A DNA stretch of 64,000 bases, from assembly GCA_013388835.1 (NCBI GenBank), contig JACAEL010000071.1, positions 9,714 to 73,713 of the forward strand, given 5' to 3'. Positions 9,939-18,975 of the stretch are shown one piece after another (the first letter of the stretch is position 1; each line of letters begins with the position of its first letter). The DNA is from Candidatus Thorarchaeota archaeon (GTDB lineage: Archaea; Asgardarchaeota; Thorarchaeia; Thorarchaeales; Thorarchaeaceae). The translations under genes were made by a program, and so were the position numbers. Below the pieces are notes generated by a model. The model saw nothing but the letters and a program-made list of their open reading frames with translations. It was not told the DNA's origin and did not search any database.

Positions 9939-10580
9939 TCACCGGTCATCTCTGAATAGTGTCATGGCCGCAGCCATGGAGACCTCTCTTGCGACATTTG
10001 GGTCATCTGATGTGCCAATGACCACTGCATCACCATCTTCCGGTTTGAGACTGTCCAGGAGCAGCAGGGTCTGCCTCTCATACACTCTCAGGACCTGGAA
10101 GTCATCGGGAGGCATCACCAGGAGTCCATTCCTGTATACCAATGTGGTGGCACCTGCCGAATCGAGGCCTCCGTGGACTATTGCCTCGTCTCTCTGTCTT
10201 ATCCCGTTTGTGACGTGTTTGGCTCGCCCTCTCACCAGATTCGCATACGCCTTCTTGTAGAGCACGAGGCCTCTGAGGTCTAGGAACAGCCCCATTGGGA
10301 TGTCGGCTGTTATGGCCTTGAACAGCGCCAGTCCCTTCTGTGTGAGTCTCTGTCCTTGCTTGCCATCAGCTTCTGTGAACCCCTCTTCAGTGAGTCGCTT
10401 GATGAGCGTCCTGACACTGCCCTCGCCAATGGACATGTTCTCACACATCTCATATCTTCCGAGAGGCTGTTCGCGCCCTATCATAACAAGCGCAACAGCC
10501 ACATGATATGGCCTAAACACAGGGGGGACTCTACCATCTGCTGGCTCTGCAAGACGAGTCATTGTGCGCAACCATGACAA
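9939..10580 (-). CDS. Winged-helix DNA-binding domain protein with an uncharacterised C-terminal domain
   Basis: N-terminal wHTH-like segment (GSVRTLIKRLTEEGFTE). The C-terminal domain is unassigned. Confidence 0.35.
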   Translation of the reverse strand: MSWLRTMTRLAEPADGRVPPVFRPYHVAVALVMIGREQPLGRYEMCENMSIGEGSVRTLIKRLTEEGFTEADGKQGQRLTQKGLALFKAITADIPMGLFLDLRGLVLYKKAYANLVRGRAKHVTNGIRQRDEAIVHGGLDSAGATTLVYRNGLLVMPPDDFQVLRVYERQTLLLLDSLKPEDGDAVVIGTSDDPNVAREVSMAAAMTLFRDDR

Positions 10581-10585
10581 GTGCT

Positions 10586-11230
10586 CTAACTCTCCGCATG
10601 CGCTTCCTGCGAGTCGCTTAATTGCTCTTCCGCTCTCAAATCGCTTTCACTCAGGTCTGAGGGGCCGCCTGTCTTCAGAACCTGAGTGATGGCACCGTGG
10701 AGTGGCGGTGTGACAAGAGGGAATAGAACTGCATTCGAGACCACATGCATCAGCATGAACGGGATGCCTGTGACAAGCACAGCCCCAATCGGGATGCCCG
10801 TAGTCCATGACCAGGCGATGTTTGTGACCAAGTCAAAGTAGAATGTACCCAGCGCACCTGCGAGTGTCAGAACTACCAGATGCGCACGGTTGTTCCGTTT
10901 CCAGAGTCTAGATCCCATATACGCGCCAAGTGCAACGATGAGTATCCAGCCGCAGACTTGGCCAAGCCAGATCTGCGGTACAAAGGCTCCCCATGGGTTG
11001 AACCAGCTATAGACAATCGACATCAGTATGACACATGTGAGCGCAGTTGAGAATCCAAAGACTGAGGCAGTCACAAAGAGCACTGTTGTGCCCAGTTCGA
11101 CGTTCGGTATTGCCACAAGCGCATAGTTGCCAACGAGCGCGAGAGCACTCATGATGGCAATCATCGAGAGATGTTCGCTAGAGCGAAGCCGAACGTATGC
11201 GGATGATGCGCCCACTAGCCGCCACCCCAC
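10586..11230 (-). CDS. Integral membrane protein (ECF-transporter S-component-like)
   Basis: About 6 predicted TM helices, 214 aa, sits in a locus with a DUF4430-like protein. Confidence 0.35.
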   Translation of the reverse strand: MGWRLVGASSAYVRLRSSEHLSMIAIMSALALVGNYALVAIPNVELGTTVLFVTASVFGFSTALTCVILMSIVYSWFNPWGAFVPQIWLGQVCGWILIVALGAYMGSRLWKRNNRAHLVVLTLAGALGTFYFDLVTNIAWSWTTGIPIGAVLVTGIPFMLMHVVSNAVLFPLVTPPLHGAITQVLKTGGPSDLSESDLRAEEQLSDSQEAHAES

Positions 11231-11247
11231 GCTCTTCTCACGGACCT

Positions 11248-11988
11248 CTATCTTCTTCTCGTCCAGATGATAACGACTGCCAGTATGGCTGCGACTGTTA
11301 CTCCTGCCACGATAGGAAGCAGTAATCCTCCGGCGTAGGTCACCGACTGCAACTCAATTGTCAGGTTGTAGTCTTGACCGAAGCTGTAGAACGTGCTCCC
11401 TTCTACCAATATGCCTGTCACAGTGTCATAGGCCAGTCGGGTCTTCTGAGCCTTTCCGAAGGCGGGGGCGTCTTGTTCGTATTCCAAGACCATGCATAGG
11501 TAGGCGTGACCTGTCGCAGTCACTTCCTTGAATGACGACTGAACTGTGCCATTCATGTAGTTGCCTGCAACCCTACTGGCGGCCTGATAGGCTGTCTGGT
11601 TGAGAAGCGCAAAGCTCTCATTTCCAACAGGGACAACGAGTCCCGGCAGCCATGGGGTGAGCCCCCATATGCTTAGAGTCAAGTCCTTCGCAATGTCAGT
11701 GTCCTTTCCCTTCCAAGTCGCATTTCCAAGGGTGAGTGTCCCATTGACATCCTCGCCAATCTCGGTCACCTGAAAGACCATCATGCTGTTCTTCGCAGCG
11801 AGCCACTTTCCCGACCCCGAAAAGAACAGTTCAAACGGCACGTCAGGAGCCTCCAGGACAGTCCACGAGATGACGGGTGTGCCAAAGGGGCCCGGTTGCA
11901 ACACGCCACTGTACTGCATACCTGCGGCTACTGCCGTAGCAGGTTGGAACATCATGAGTATCATTAGGCATAGTAGTGTCTTGTTCAT
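11248..11988 (-). CDS. Secreted, C-terminally membrane-anchored protein with many N-glycosylation sequons
   Basis: Signal peptide MNKTLLCLMILMMFQPATAVAAG, multiple NxT/S sequons, C-terminal TM helix followed by RRR. Confidence 0.45.
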   Translation of the reverse strand: MNKTLLCLMILMMFQPATAVAAGMQYSGVLQPGPFGTPVISWTVLEAPDVPFELFFSGSGKWLAAKNSMMVFQVTEIGEDVNGTLTLGNATWKGKDTDIAKDLTLSIWGLTPWLPGLVVPVGNESFALLNQTAYQAASRVAGNYMNGTVQSSFKEVTATGHAYLCMVLEYEQDAPAFGKAQKTRLAYDTVTGILVEGSTFYSFGQDYNLTIELQSVTYAGGLLLPIVAGVTVAAILAVVIIWTRRR

Positions 11989-12503
11989 GTGTGCGGTCCT
12001 CTCCTCAGGTTGACGCGGCCGACTACTAGTACCAGCGCGAATGAGACTGCAACTAGGGCTGTGAGTAGCAATAGAAGCGGCTCAGGGGCTTCCGTGTTCT
12101 CGGTAGAAAACGCCGAAGCAGTCAACTTCCAGACGACATGATCTCCATCACTGATCCTGTGCTTGTTGGCTGCCACGGTGCCGAAGACCCCGTTCACCCA
12201 GTACTGCCACCAGCGACCTTCCACTGGCATGTTGGTTACGCCCGCAATGGATGTCACGAAAGCCAAGTCTCCGGTCCATGAAACGGTCACTTCGACAGCA
12301 CTCTGTGTCAGGTTAAGAACGTCTGTGCCCTCCAAGTCGCTGAATGATATGACCGTTCCATTTCCGAAGTCTAGACCGAGTGTGACACCGACGGCTGCTG
12401 GGGTTGTGGCGTCAGCATGAGCGCTCACGGCAGGAATGTGCATTGTCACAGCTACCAGAGCCATGCAGGCAACCAGTGCCAATCGTCGCAGTGTAGTCAC
12501 CAC
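11985..12503 (-). CDS. DUF4430-like secreted protein, C-terminally anchored
   Basis: Signal peptide. C-terminal signature W.YWVNG....G......ISDGD.V.W typical of DUF4430 (a transcobalamin-like fold). C-terminal TM helix. Confidence 0.45.
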   Translation of the reverse strand: MVTTLRRLALVACMALVAVTMHIPAVSAHADATTPAAVGVTLGLDFGNGTVISFSDLEGTDVLNLTQSAVEVTVSWTGDLAFVTSIAGVTNMPVEGRWWQYWVNGVFGTVAANKHRISDGDHVVWKLTASAFSTENTEAPEPLLLLLTALVAVSFALVLVVGRVNLRRGPHT

Positions 12504-12662
12504 CTTCTAGGATAGGTTGACCTACGAGATGCTGAGCTTCATTTAAGCATTACTGACGAGCGGTTGTCTTGAGAATGAGATGGTTTTTAGGGGGTCTGTC
12601 TGTGTGAGTCCATGCCGCAGTTCATGTGGAATGGCCAAAGATGAAAGGAGCTTGACACTGCC

Positions 12663-13325
12663 TTGGATGAAGGAATAGGCCCGCCCACGCACAAGTCAAG
12701 ACACAGAGGCCATCTGTTCGTTCTCGAGGGGATTGACGGAGCAGGCAAGACCGTAGTCTGCGAGTCCGTACTCCGAATACTCTTGGAGGACGGTACTGAC
12801 GCTGTGCGACTTAGGGAACCCACAAAGGAGAGCAGGTGGGGGAAGGAGATCTGGGAGCGTTCGAGAGCTGGAACGCTATCCCCCTCCGAGGAGCTAGATC
12901 TGTTCATGTTGGACCGCAGATGGAACGTGGAGAACAGGATTCGGCCAGCACTGGAGTCGGGCAAAGTGGTTGTGATGGACCGGTACTTCTTTGCCACAGG
13001 CGCATATCAGAGCACCAGTACGGGAATTGACTGGAGGGAAATCCTGCGAAGGAATCGTGAAGAGGTGGGAGCTCCTGAACCAGACTTGGTGTTCTTGCTT
13101 GACCTCCCTGTCGACGAAGCACTCCGCAGGGTCGGCTTTAGGACCAGTGAACCTAACAGGCAGTTTGAGAGGATGGAGCGACTTGTGCGAGTCAGACAGA
13201 ACTACCTTGAGATGGCTCGGGAAGACTCTGCCAATTACGTAGTTGTCGATGCAACACAGTCAGTGGATCAGGTCATACATGATGTGTACTGTAGAATCTA
13301 TGATTGGTTGCGAGGCCAGACATGA
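12663..13325 (+). CDS. tmk: Thymidylate kinase
   Basis: P-loop LEGIDGAGKT, DRYFFATGAYQ motif, about 220 aa. Confidence 0.8.
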   Translation: MDEGIGPPTHKSRHRGHLFVLEGIDGAGKTVVCESVLRILLEDGTDAVRLREPTKESRWGKEIWERSRAGTLSPSEELDLFMLDRRWNVENRIRPALESGKVVVMDRYFFATGAYQSTSTGIDWREILRRNREEVGAPEPDLVFLLDLPVDEALRRVGFRTSEPNRQFERMERLVRVRQNYLEMAREDSANYVVVDATQSVDQVIHDVYCRIYDWLRGQT

Positions 13326-13578
13326 GTGGACTGGTATACGCCAGAACAACGACCCCGTGAGATGCAGACTGATACCACTTGTGAGCTCTGTCAATGTCGA
13401 CTAATATGTGGAGTTCTCAAATGTGCTGCAAGAGTCTGCAAAACCTACCAAGCTGAGAAAGACGCAGAGCAGCCTTTTGGCGAACGATTTTTGCAGAAGC
13501 TTTTTTAATCCGGTAACCCGACCCGTTCATGGTACAGCAAATCTCGTCATATCTCGACCTTTCAGGGAGACCGCAATA

Positions 13579-14718
13579 ATGCCCGTGGCGATGCTGCTCA
13601 TAGACTGGGACTCGAAAATAGGCGCTGTGCTCAAGGCAAAAGTTCCTGCAGACTTTGCTGACTACTATCGGGAGGACCTAAACACAGAGATCATGCGTAT
13701 CTTCACATCCCATGCCATGGGTGATGCGACAGCTGGTTTTGCATCTCTGAGTGTTAGAATTGGTGGAGAAGAGTACAACGTCGCGTCATACTACACAGGT
13801 GTAGTGAGAGAAGAGGAGCAGTACTGTGTCTCGCTTCTCCTGACCTCCAATGAGGACCCAAAGACGTACGAGGCCGCTCTGACATCGATAGTCTCTCCAC
13901 TAACGAACTCAGTGACGTCGCTCACCGATGTCGAGCTTCAGTCAGAGCTTGAGAACACCTATCGACGCATCATACGGTTGGCTGGAATGACCGATGAGAG
14001 CAGGCTCGCTCGGTTGTTCTCCGATGAGGTGGCTCGCGCAGTATTTCCCAAGCTCTGGCGTGGCGGCATATCCAAAGAAGACCTCGAGGAATGGCTCAAG
14101 ATGGTTACCGGTCTTCCGAGCGTAAGCGTTGACTCGGTAATTGCTCCCTTCGAAGAACTCGGTCTGGTGAAGACCGAGTGGGTTGATGAGATTGGCCGCA
14201 CCTGTGTGTTCATGATAAAGGACCTAGAAGTGTTTCGTGCTCCACCCTTGGTTGCCATGGAAGCCGCCTCGTCGATTCTTGACCCTGAACTGGCCGCCGA
14301 GTACAAGGCAGAGGTGATGGAGTTCCTGACCGAGTGGCAGAAGACCCCTGAGGACACTGTGTCCGTCGCTCAGGTTCTTGCTGACCCGGACTGCTATGAT
14401 GTGCTGAGCGAGCTCAGGATGCGACCAGTGAACATCGCGGAGCTTGAAGCAAGTCTTGGGATTCCCGCCAAGGAGATGCGGACTGCCATTCAGACACTGA
14501 AGAAGTACAGGATAGTTTCCGAGAAACGCCGCAAGGGTCCTTCTGGTGACTATGACAAGTGGCTCTTCCTTCTCAACGACATAAGGGTCAGGTTGTTCTT
14601 CCCCGAGTACTTCCTCCAGACTCTTGTTGCAGAGCTTGAAAAGGCACCCGACGACTCCCGACAGATGGAGATGGTGCACCATCATCTTCGGCTGCTCCGT
14701 GACAACTTTCCACGTTAG
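13579..14718 (+). CDS. Hypothetical protein with a C-terminal winged-helix domain
   Basis: The internal ATG at 13579 (MPVAMLLIDWDSKIGAVL) is the likely start. The C-terminus (DVLSELRMRPVNIAELEASLGIPAKEMRTAIQTLKKYRIV) is wHTH-like. The N-terminal alpha/beta region is unassigned. Confidence 0.4.
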   Translation: MPVAMLLIDWDSKIGAVLKAKVPADFADYYREDLNTEIMRIFTSHAMGDATAGFASLSVRIGGEEYNVASYYTGVVREEEQYCVSLLLTSNEDPKTYEAALTSIVSPLTNSVTSLTDVELQSELENTYRRIIRLAGMTDESRLARLFSDEVARAVFPKLWRGGISKEDLEEWLKMVTGLPSVSVDSVIAPFEELGLVKTEWVDEIGRTCVFMIKDLEVFRAPPLVAMEAASSILDPELAAEYKAEVMEFLTEWQKTPEDTVSVAQVLADPDCYDVLSELRMRPVNIAELEASLGIPAKEMRTAIQTLKKYRIVSEKRRKGPSGDYDKWLFLLNDIRVRLFFPEYFLQTLVAELEKAPDDSRQMEMVHHHLRLLRDNFPR

Positions 14719-15114
14719 TCCGTCCGTGTTTCTGCATGTGAGCTGTGACTAGGAAGGTTCATATGCCCTCCAGTTGCGCATTTGCATTGAGGATCTGATT
14801 TGTTCAGGTCCGAGCTCTACACTGGGAAGCGCCTTTCCCGTCTGAAACTCGCATTCACAAGATTGGTCCCAAGTCTGAGTTTCTAGCATTGGTCCCTCTG
14901 CAAGACTTGTCTTGCAGGTATTCGCACATACCGATTTCTAGCGCAACCTGGTGGAGAGCTGGTCCACATGACCTGACGGATGCGGAATCCGCCTCGTGCG
15001 GGTTTCGCCTCCCCCCTGTCGTTCGGTCATCTTGTAAACTCCATCGGAAGTATGTACATGAAGGTTTAATTTGCATCCTATCGGAGTAGACACTTGAAGC
15101 ATGAGTGAGTCCCA

Positions 15115-16776
15115 ATGATTCATAACACGTTCCTCATACGCGTTTCCACACTAAAGATCCTTGCAAACTCCAGCTATTGGCCTGTCAAGGTGAATCAGAA
15201 GGACATCAAGGAGTTTGTCACGACAAGTACTGAACTGAGGGCCGCAGATGTCAGTCTGAGAGATCTTCCGTTGATTGTGGGTGACAACAAGTTCGGTGGG
15301 AAGGAGATAGTAAAAGACCTCCTTCTGGTGTTCGCTTGCGACCGCAATGAGGATGATCACAGCCTCCAAGACCGATTGACGCAGGCTTCAAAGATTCTGA
15401 AGAAGCGAATTGCCGAGGTCGGACTCGATTCTGTCATTACAGATTATGCGCGGTTGATTGAGGAATCGGTCACAACGCGACTGAAGATTGCTCTCGTTGG
15501 GGAAGGTGGTGTGGGTAAGACCACTGCTCTTCATCTCCTTCTTGGGGACACTCCTCCACTCCAGTATGTACCCACAATCGCACTGAATCTTGAGACCGTT
15601 GAGAACATCCGATTTGGAAACTACTCTCTGGTCATCTGGGACTTTGCCGGGCAGGAGCGATTCAGGACGCTGTGGCGGTTCTACTTCCATGGTGCTGACG
15701 TCATCTTCCTGGTGTGCGACTCGACACTCAGGAATGTGATAATCAGCAAGGACATCCTGAAGCTTATTCGACGTGATGCTCCCAAGGTGCCCGTGTTTGC
15801 CATTGCTAACAAACAGGACAAGCCCAACGCCATGAAGCCTGAGGTTGTCCAGAAGGTCCTAGGTGTGCCTACCTACCCGATGGTGGCCATCGACAAGGCA
15901 AAGCGTGATGAGATGCTTCGGATCCTCATGACCGCAGCAGCACAGTATGTTGGAGTTGCTCTCCCAGATGTTCCAGCAAAGGACCTATTGCGATTCACTG
16001 ACGAGGCCACAGAGCGGGCCTCAAAGGTCACTGTTCGGGGCGAAAAGCAAACCAAAGCGACCGACGAAGGTGTTGTGGAAGTTGTGGAAGAGGTCCTTGT
16101 GGATGAGGCTGGCCATGTTGTGGAAGCAGATGGCGAATACGAGATAGTCGAAGAGGTCGAGGAAATAGTAGACACGGTTGAAGAGGAAACGCCATCAGTG
16201 CCCACAGCCAGAATGGAACCGGCCGCTCATACTGTAGAAGAGCAGGGAACGGTTGCAGAAGAGCAGGGAACGGTTACAGAAGAGCAGGGAACAGTTGCAG
16301 AAGAGCAGGGAACAGTTGCAGAAGAGCAGGGAACGCATCCTCCTTCAGATGATGTGGAACTGACCGCGGCAACTGAGAGCCAAGTCCGAATCAGCACTGA
16401 GCTGGGCGACGCTCAGATTGAAATCTCTGACTCGGAGATTGAGATCTCCGACTCTGAGATTGAGATTGAAGTGTCCGAAGAGGGAAACGGTGTTCAACTG
16501 GCCAAGGAGTTTCTGTGTCGTGAGCTTGAGGCTGACGAGATACTTGTCGAAGAGCTTGACGCCGTGCCCGCGACGGAGATTGACAAGGCCCTCGAAGCAC
16601 TCCGTAGCGACGAAGCAGCGGGCCCTGATGATGGCACACTCTCTCCCCAAGCAGTCGGTGACGATGAGAAGAAGGGACTAGTTCTTGTACTCGGACGCGA
16701 CAGTCTTCCCAAGTCTAATCAGGATGTCAAGGGCGGCACGAAACACACTGTAGAGTCCGGTACAGACGTAGAATGA
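15115..16776 (+). CDS. Multi-domain small GTPase: N-terminal unknown domain, Ras/Arf-like G domain, acidic tandem-repeat tail
   Basis: G1 GEGGVGKTT, switch I YVPTIALN, G3 WDFAGQERF, G4 NKQD. About 115 aa of unassigned sequence precede the G domain. C-terminal low-complexity tail with EEQGTVA x5 and SDSEIEI x3 repeats. Confidence 0.7.
   Translation: MIHNTFLIRVSTLKILANSSYWPVKVNQKDIKEFVTTSTELRAADVSLRDLPLIVGDNKFGGKEIVKDLLLVFACDRNEDDHSLQDRLTQASKILKKRIAEVGLDSVITDYARLIEESVTTRLKIALVGEGGVGKTTALHLLLGDTPPLQYVPTIALNLETVENIRFGNYSLVIWDFAGQERFRTLWRFYFHGADVIFLVCDSTLRNVIISKDILKLIRRDAPKVPVFAIANKQDKPNAMKPEVVQKVLGVPTYPMVAIDKAKRDEMLRILMTAAAQYVGVALPDVPAKDLLRFTDEATERASKVTVRGEKQTKATDEGVVEVVEEVLVDEAGHVVEADGEYEIVEEVEEIVDTVEEETPSVPTARMEPAAHTVEEQGTVAEEQGTVTEEQGTVAEEQGTVAEEQGTHPPSDDVELTAATESQVRISTELGDAQIEISDSEIEISDSEIEIEVSEEGNGVQLAKEFLCRELEADEILVEELDAVPATEIDKALEALRSDEAAGPDDGTLSPQAVGDDEKKGLVLVLGRDSLPKSNQDVKGGTKHTVESGTDVE
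16237..16341 (+). repeat. Tandem 21-bp repeat x5 (gaagagcagggaac[ga]gtt[ga]ca) encoding EEQGTVA heptads
   Basis: Direct read of the sequence. Five consecutive near-identical 21-mers. Confidence 0.8.
16414..16470 (+). repeat. Tandem 21-bp repeat about x2.7 (gagattga[ag]atctc[ct]gactc[gt]) encoding SDSEIEI
   Basis: Direct read of the sequence. Confidence 0.6.
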
Positions 16777-16902
16777 AGGTCTGAAGACGACTAGATGGAC
16801 CGATGCCTTCATTGGGTGGTTATTCACGGAACAGACCCACTTCTATGTAGATTGGCCCAGCGAGCCGAGGTTCTCCCTTCTAGCAAGTTCGGAGAGGATG
16901 GT

Positions 16903-17244
16903 ATGAGAATAAGCGATATTCAGGCCGGACAGAATGTGCCTGAGATCACGGTCAGAGTGGTTTCAGTCAGTCCTCCGAGGATAATCACGACTCGAGGTGG
17001 ACGTAAGACTCAGCTTCGAGAAGTGTTGGTAATGGACTCGTCGGGCGCCACGATAGTCCTGAGCCTTTGGGGCTTTGGCAGTGGTGATGAACTGAAGGGA
17101 GGTCAGATTGTCAAGATTACTGATGGTTGGGCAAAGGAATGGCAGGGGAAAATACAGCTCTCTCTGGGCAGAGCGGGAAAGGTCGATGTGATACCCGACG
17201 ATGGGAGTATACCTCCGATATCTGATCTGTCCAAGGGACGATGA
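16903..17244 (+). CDS. OB-fold nucleic-acid-binding protein (SSB/RPA-like)
   Basis: Start at the internal ATG at 16903, preceded by GGAGAGG. Sequence ITVRVVSVSPPRIITTRGGRKTQLREVLVMDSSGATIVLSLWG is typical of archaeal OB-fold SSB-like proteins. Confidence 0.45.
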   Translation: MRISDIQAGQNVPEITVRVVSVSPPRIITTRGGRKTQLREVLVMDSSGATIVLSLWGFGSGDELKGGQIVKITDGWAKEWQGKIQLSLGRAGKVDVIPDDGSIPPISDLSKGR

Positions 17245-17780
17245 CTCGAGCTAAGAAGTCCGATAGGAGCGTATCAATAGTCATGACCCGTGTCTATCTG
17301 TCAGGTCCGATAGTAGACGAGAGCCGCAGAGAAGACACCTTCTACAGGACCGTAGTCGTCACGCTCGAAGAAATGGGCCTCACAGTGTTTGCTCCTCAGT
17401 TTCTCCCATCTGATAGCCCAGACCGCATCTTTGAACGAGACACCAATGAAGTCCGGCTCTGTGATGTCCTAGTGGCAGAGGTCTCTAGCCCGTCGCACGG
17501 CGTTGGAATGGAGGTAATGCTTGCAGTCGAGCTCATGAAGCCCGTGTTGATGTTCAGTCGAAGAGGGTCTCAGCGGCTTTCCTGCATGCTGCGTGGTGCG
17601 ACCGGAAAGGCGCTCATCGAGTACTCGGACATCTCTGAGGTCCGAAGCCTACTTCAGAGCTTGGACTTTGATAGTCTGATTGTGCAGAGGTGTCCCGGCT
17701 GTGGTTCACAGGTCGCTCAAGTCACCGAAGACCGCCTCAGATGTGTGGCGTGCGGTCGGGAGTCGGTTCATCTGGTGTAA
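17241..17780 (+). CDS. Nucleoside 2-deoxyribosyltransferase-like domain fused to a C-terminal zinc ribbon
   Basis: RVYLSGPI motif characteristic of the NDT family; C-terminal CPGC...CVAC. The start overlaps the upstream stop (ATGA); the true start may be the ATG at 17283. Confidence 0.45.
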   Translation: MTRAKKSDRSVSIVMTRVYLSGPIVDESRREDTFYRTVVVTLEEMGLTVFAPQFLPSDSPDRIFERDTNEVRLCDVLVAEVSSPSHGVGMEVMLAVELMKPVLMFSRRGSQRLSCMLRGATGKALIEYSDISEVRSLLQSLDFDSLIVQRCPGCGSQVAQVTEDRLRCVACGRESVHLV

Positions 17781-17784
17781 GGCT

Positions 17785-18720
17785 ATGTCGAGCGGTGGTG
17801 GACTCGGGTCCCACAAACGTATCCGTATTGGATTGTTGCTGCTTCTGTCGATCTCCATGGTTTCCAGTGCCAGTGTTCTCATCAAGATGAGTAGTTCCCA
17901 TCCCCTGGTCATTGTGTTTTGGAGGACTCTCCTAGGAGGGATTCTAATGGCTTTGGCTGCACTCCCCCATCGAGGCTACCAGTCAATTGCCAGTGATGGA
18001 TTCAGAGAATGCTGGAAGTGGCTCCTGCTCATAGGCATGGTACTGAGTCTGCACTTCTATACCTGGTTCACATCACTCACACTCACCACAATCCCGGCCA
18101 GCGTGGCCTTGGTGAATATCTCACCTATTTTCACTGCAGCTTTCTCTACATTCGTTCTCCGAGAACCCCTTGGAAGAGTGTCATGGTCAGGGGTACTGGT
18201 GGCCGTGACAGGCGTCTTTGTCGTCGCATGGAATGACCTCACGGTTTCAGGACTCGGAGCGGTCACTGGCGACCTCCTCTCAATCATAAGTGGCTTCCTC
18301 TTGGCTGTGTATTTCATTGGCGGACGCCGATATGCCAAAGGACTTCCAATTGCTGTCTACACCATGATCGTCTATCTTTCTGCCGCAGGTGCCACTCTGT
18401 TACTCTGTTTTGCAATGTCCATAGATGTGGTAGTTCTAGACGCCGCAGAACTCACAATCTTCCTAGCACTGGCCCTCTTCCCGACTGCTCTTGGTCACTC
18501 AGTCAACAACTACCTCCTCACTCTGGTCCCAGCATATGTGGTGTCCTCTGCAGTGCTTGGAGAGCCCATTGGTGCGACCATTCTTGGTATACTGGTATTC
18601 GGAGAGAGTCAGATACCTACACCACTGGGTCTGGTAGGCTTTGTCGTTGTCCTATCCGGAATAGGACTGGTGCTTGCAGGAGTTGGTCGTGGCTCTTCAC
18701 AGTCCGACCATGGCACTTGA
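17785..18720 (+). CDS. DMT-superfamily (EamA-like) transporter
   Basis: About 10 TM helices in two EamA-like halves. Start at the ATG at 17785, directly after the upstream stop. Confidence 0.7.
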   Translation: MSSGGGLGSHKRIRIGLLLLLSISMVSSASVLIKMSSSHPLVIVFWRTLLGGILMALAALPHRGYQSIASDGFRECWKWLLLIGMVLSLHFYTWFTSLTLTTIPASVALVNISPIFTAAFSTFVLREPLGRVSWSGVLVAVTGVFVVAWNDLTVSGLGAVTGDLLSIISGFLLAVYFIGGRRYAKGLPIAVYTMIVYLSAAGATLLLCFAMSIDVVVLDAAELTIFLALALFPTALGHSVNNYLLTLVPAYVVSSAVLGEPIGATILGILVFGESQIPTPLGLVGFVVVLSGIGLVLAGVGRGSSQSDHGT

Positions 18721-18975
18721 GCAGCCGCCTGCTATACGAGTCCAAACCGGACAGGCTCTAGAATGTCCGGCTTCTGAGCACCTGCTGCTAACCGTTCATT
18801 CTTGGTTGGACAAAGTTGGACACAGGAGTCTTGTCACTCCCAGGATACGGCACTGGGGTCACTCCTTGAGGTCTCATGATGTGCCGAGCCGACCTCGAGC
18901 TCTCAGTTCCCGCACGGAGGTATACATGCACCACGCAGCGATGTCCAAGACCGTCCAACTTCTGGGCAGCTGCTG

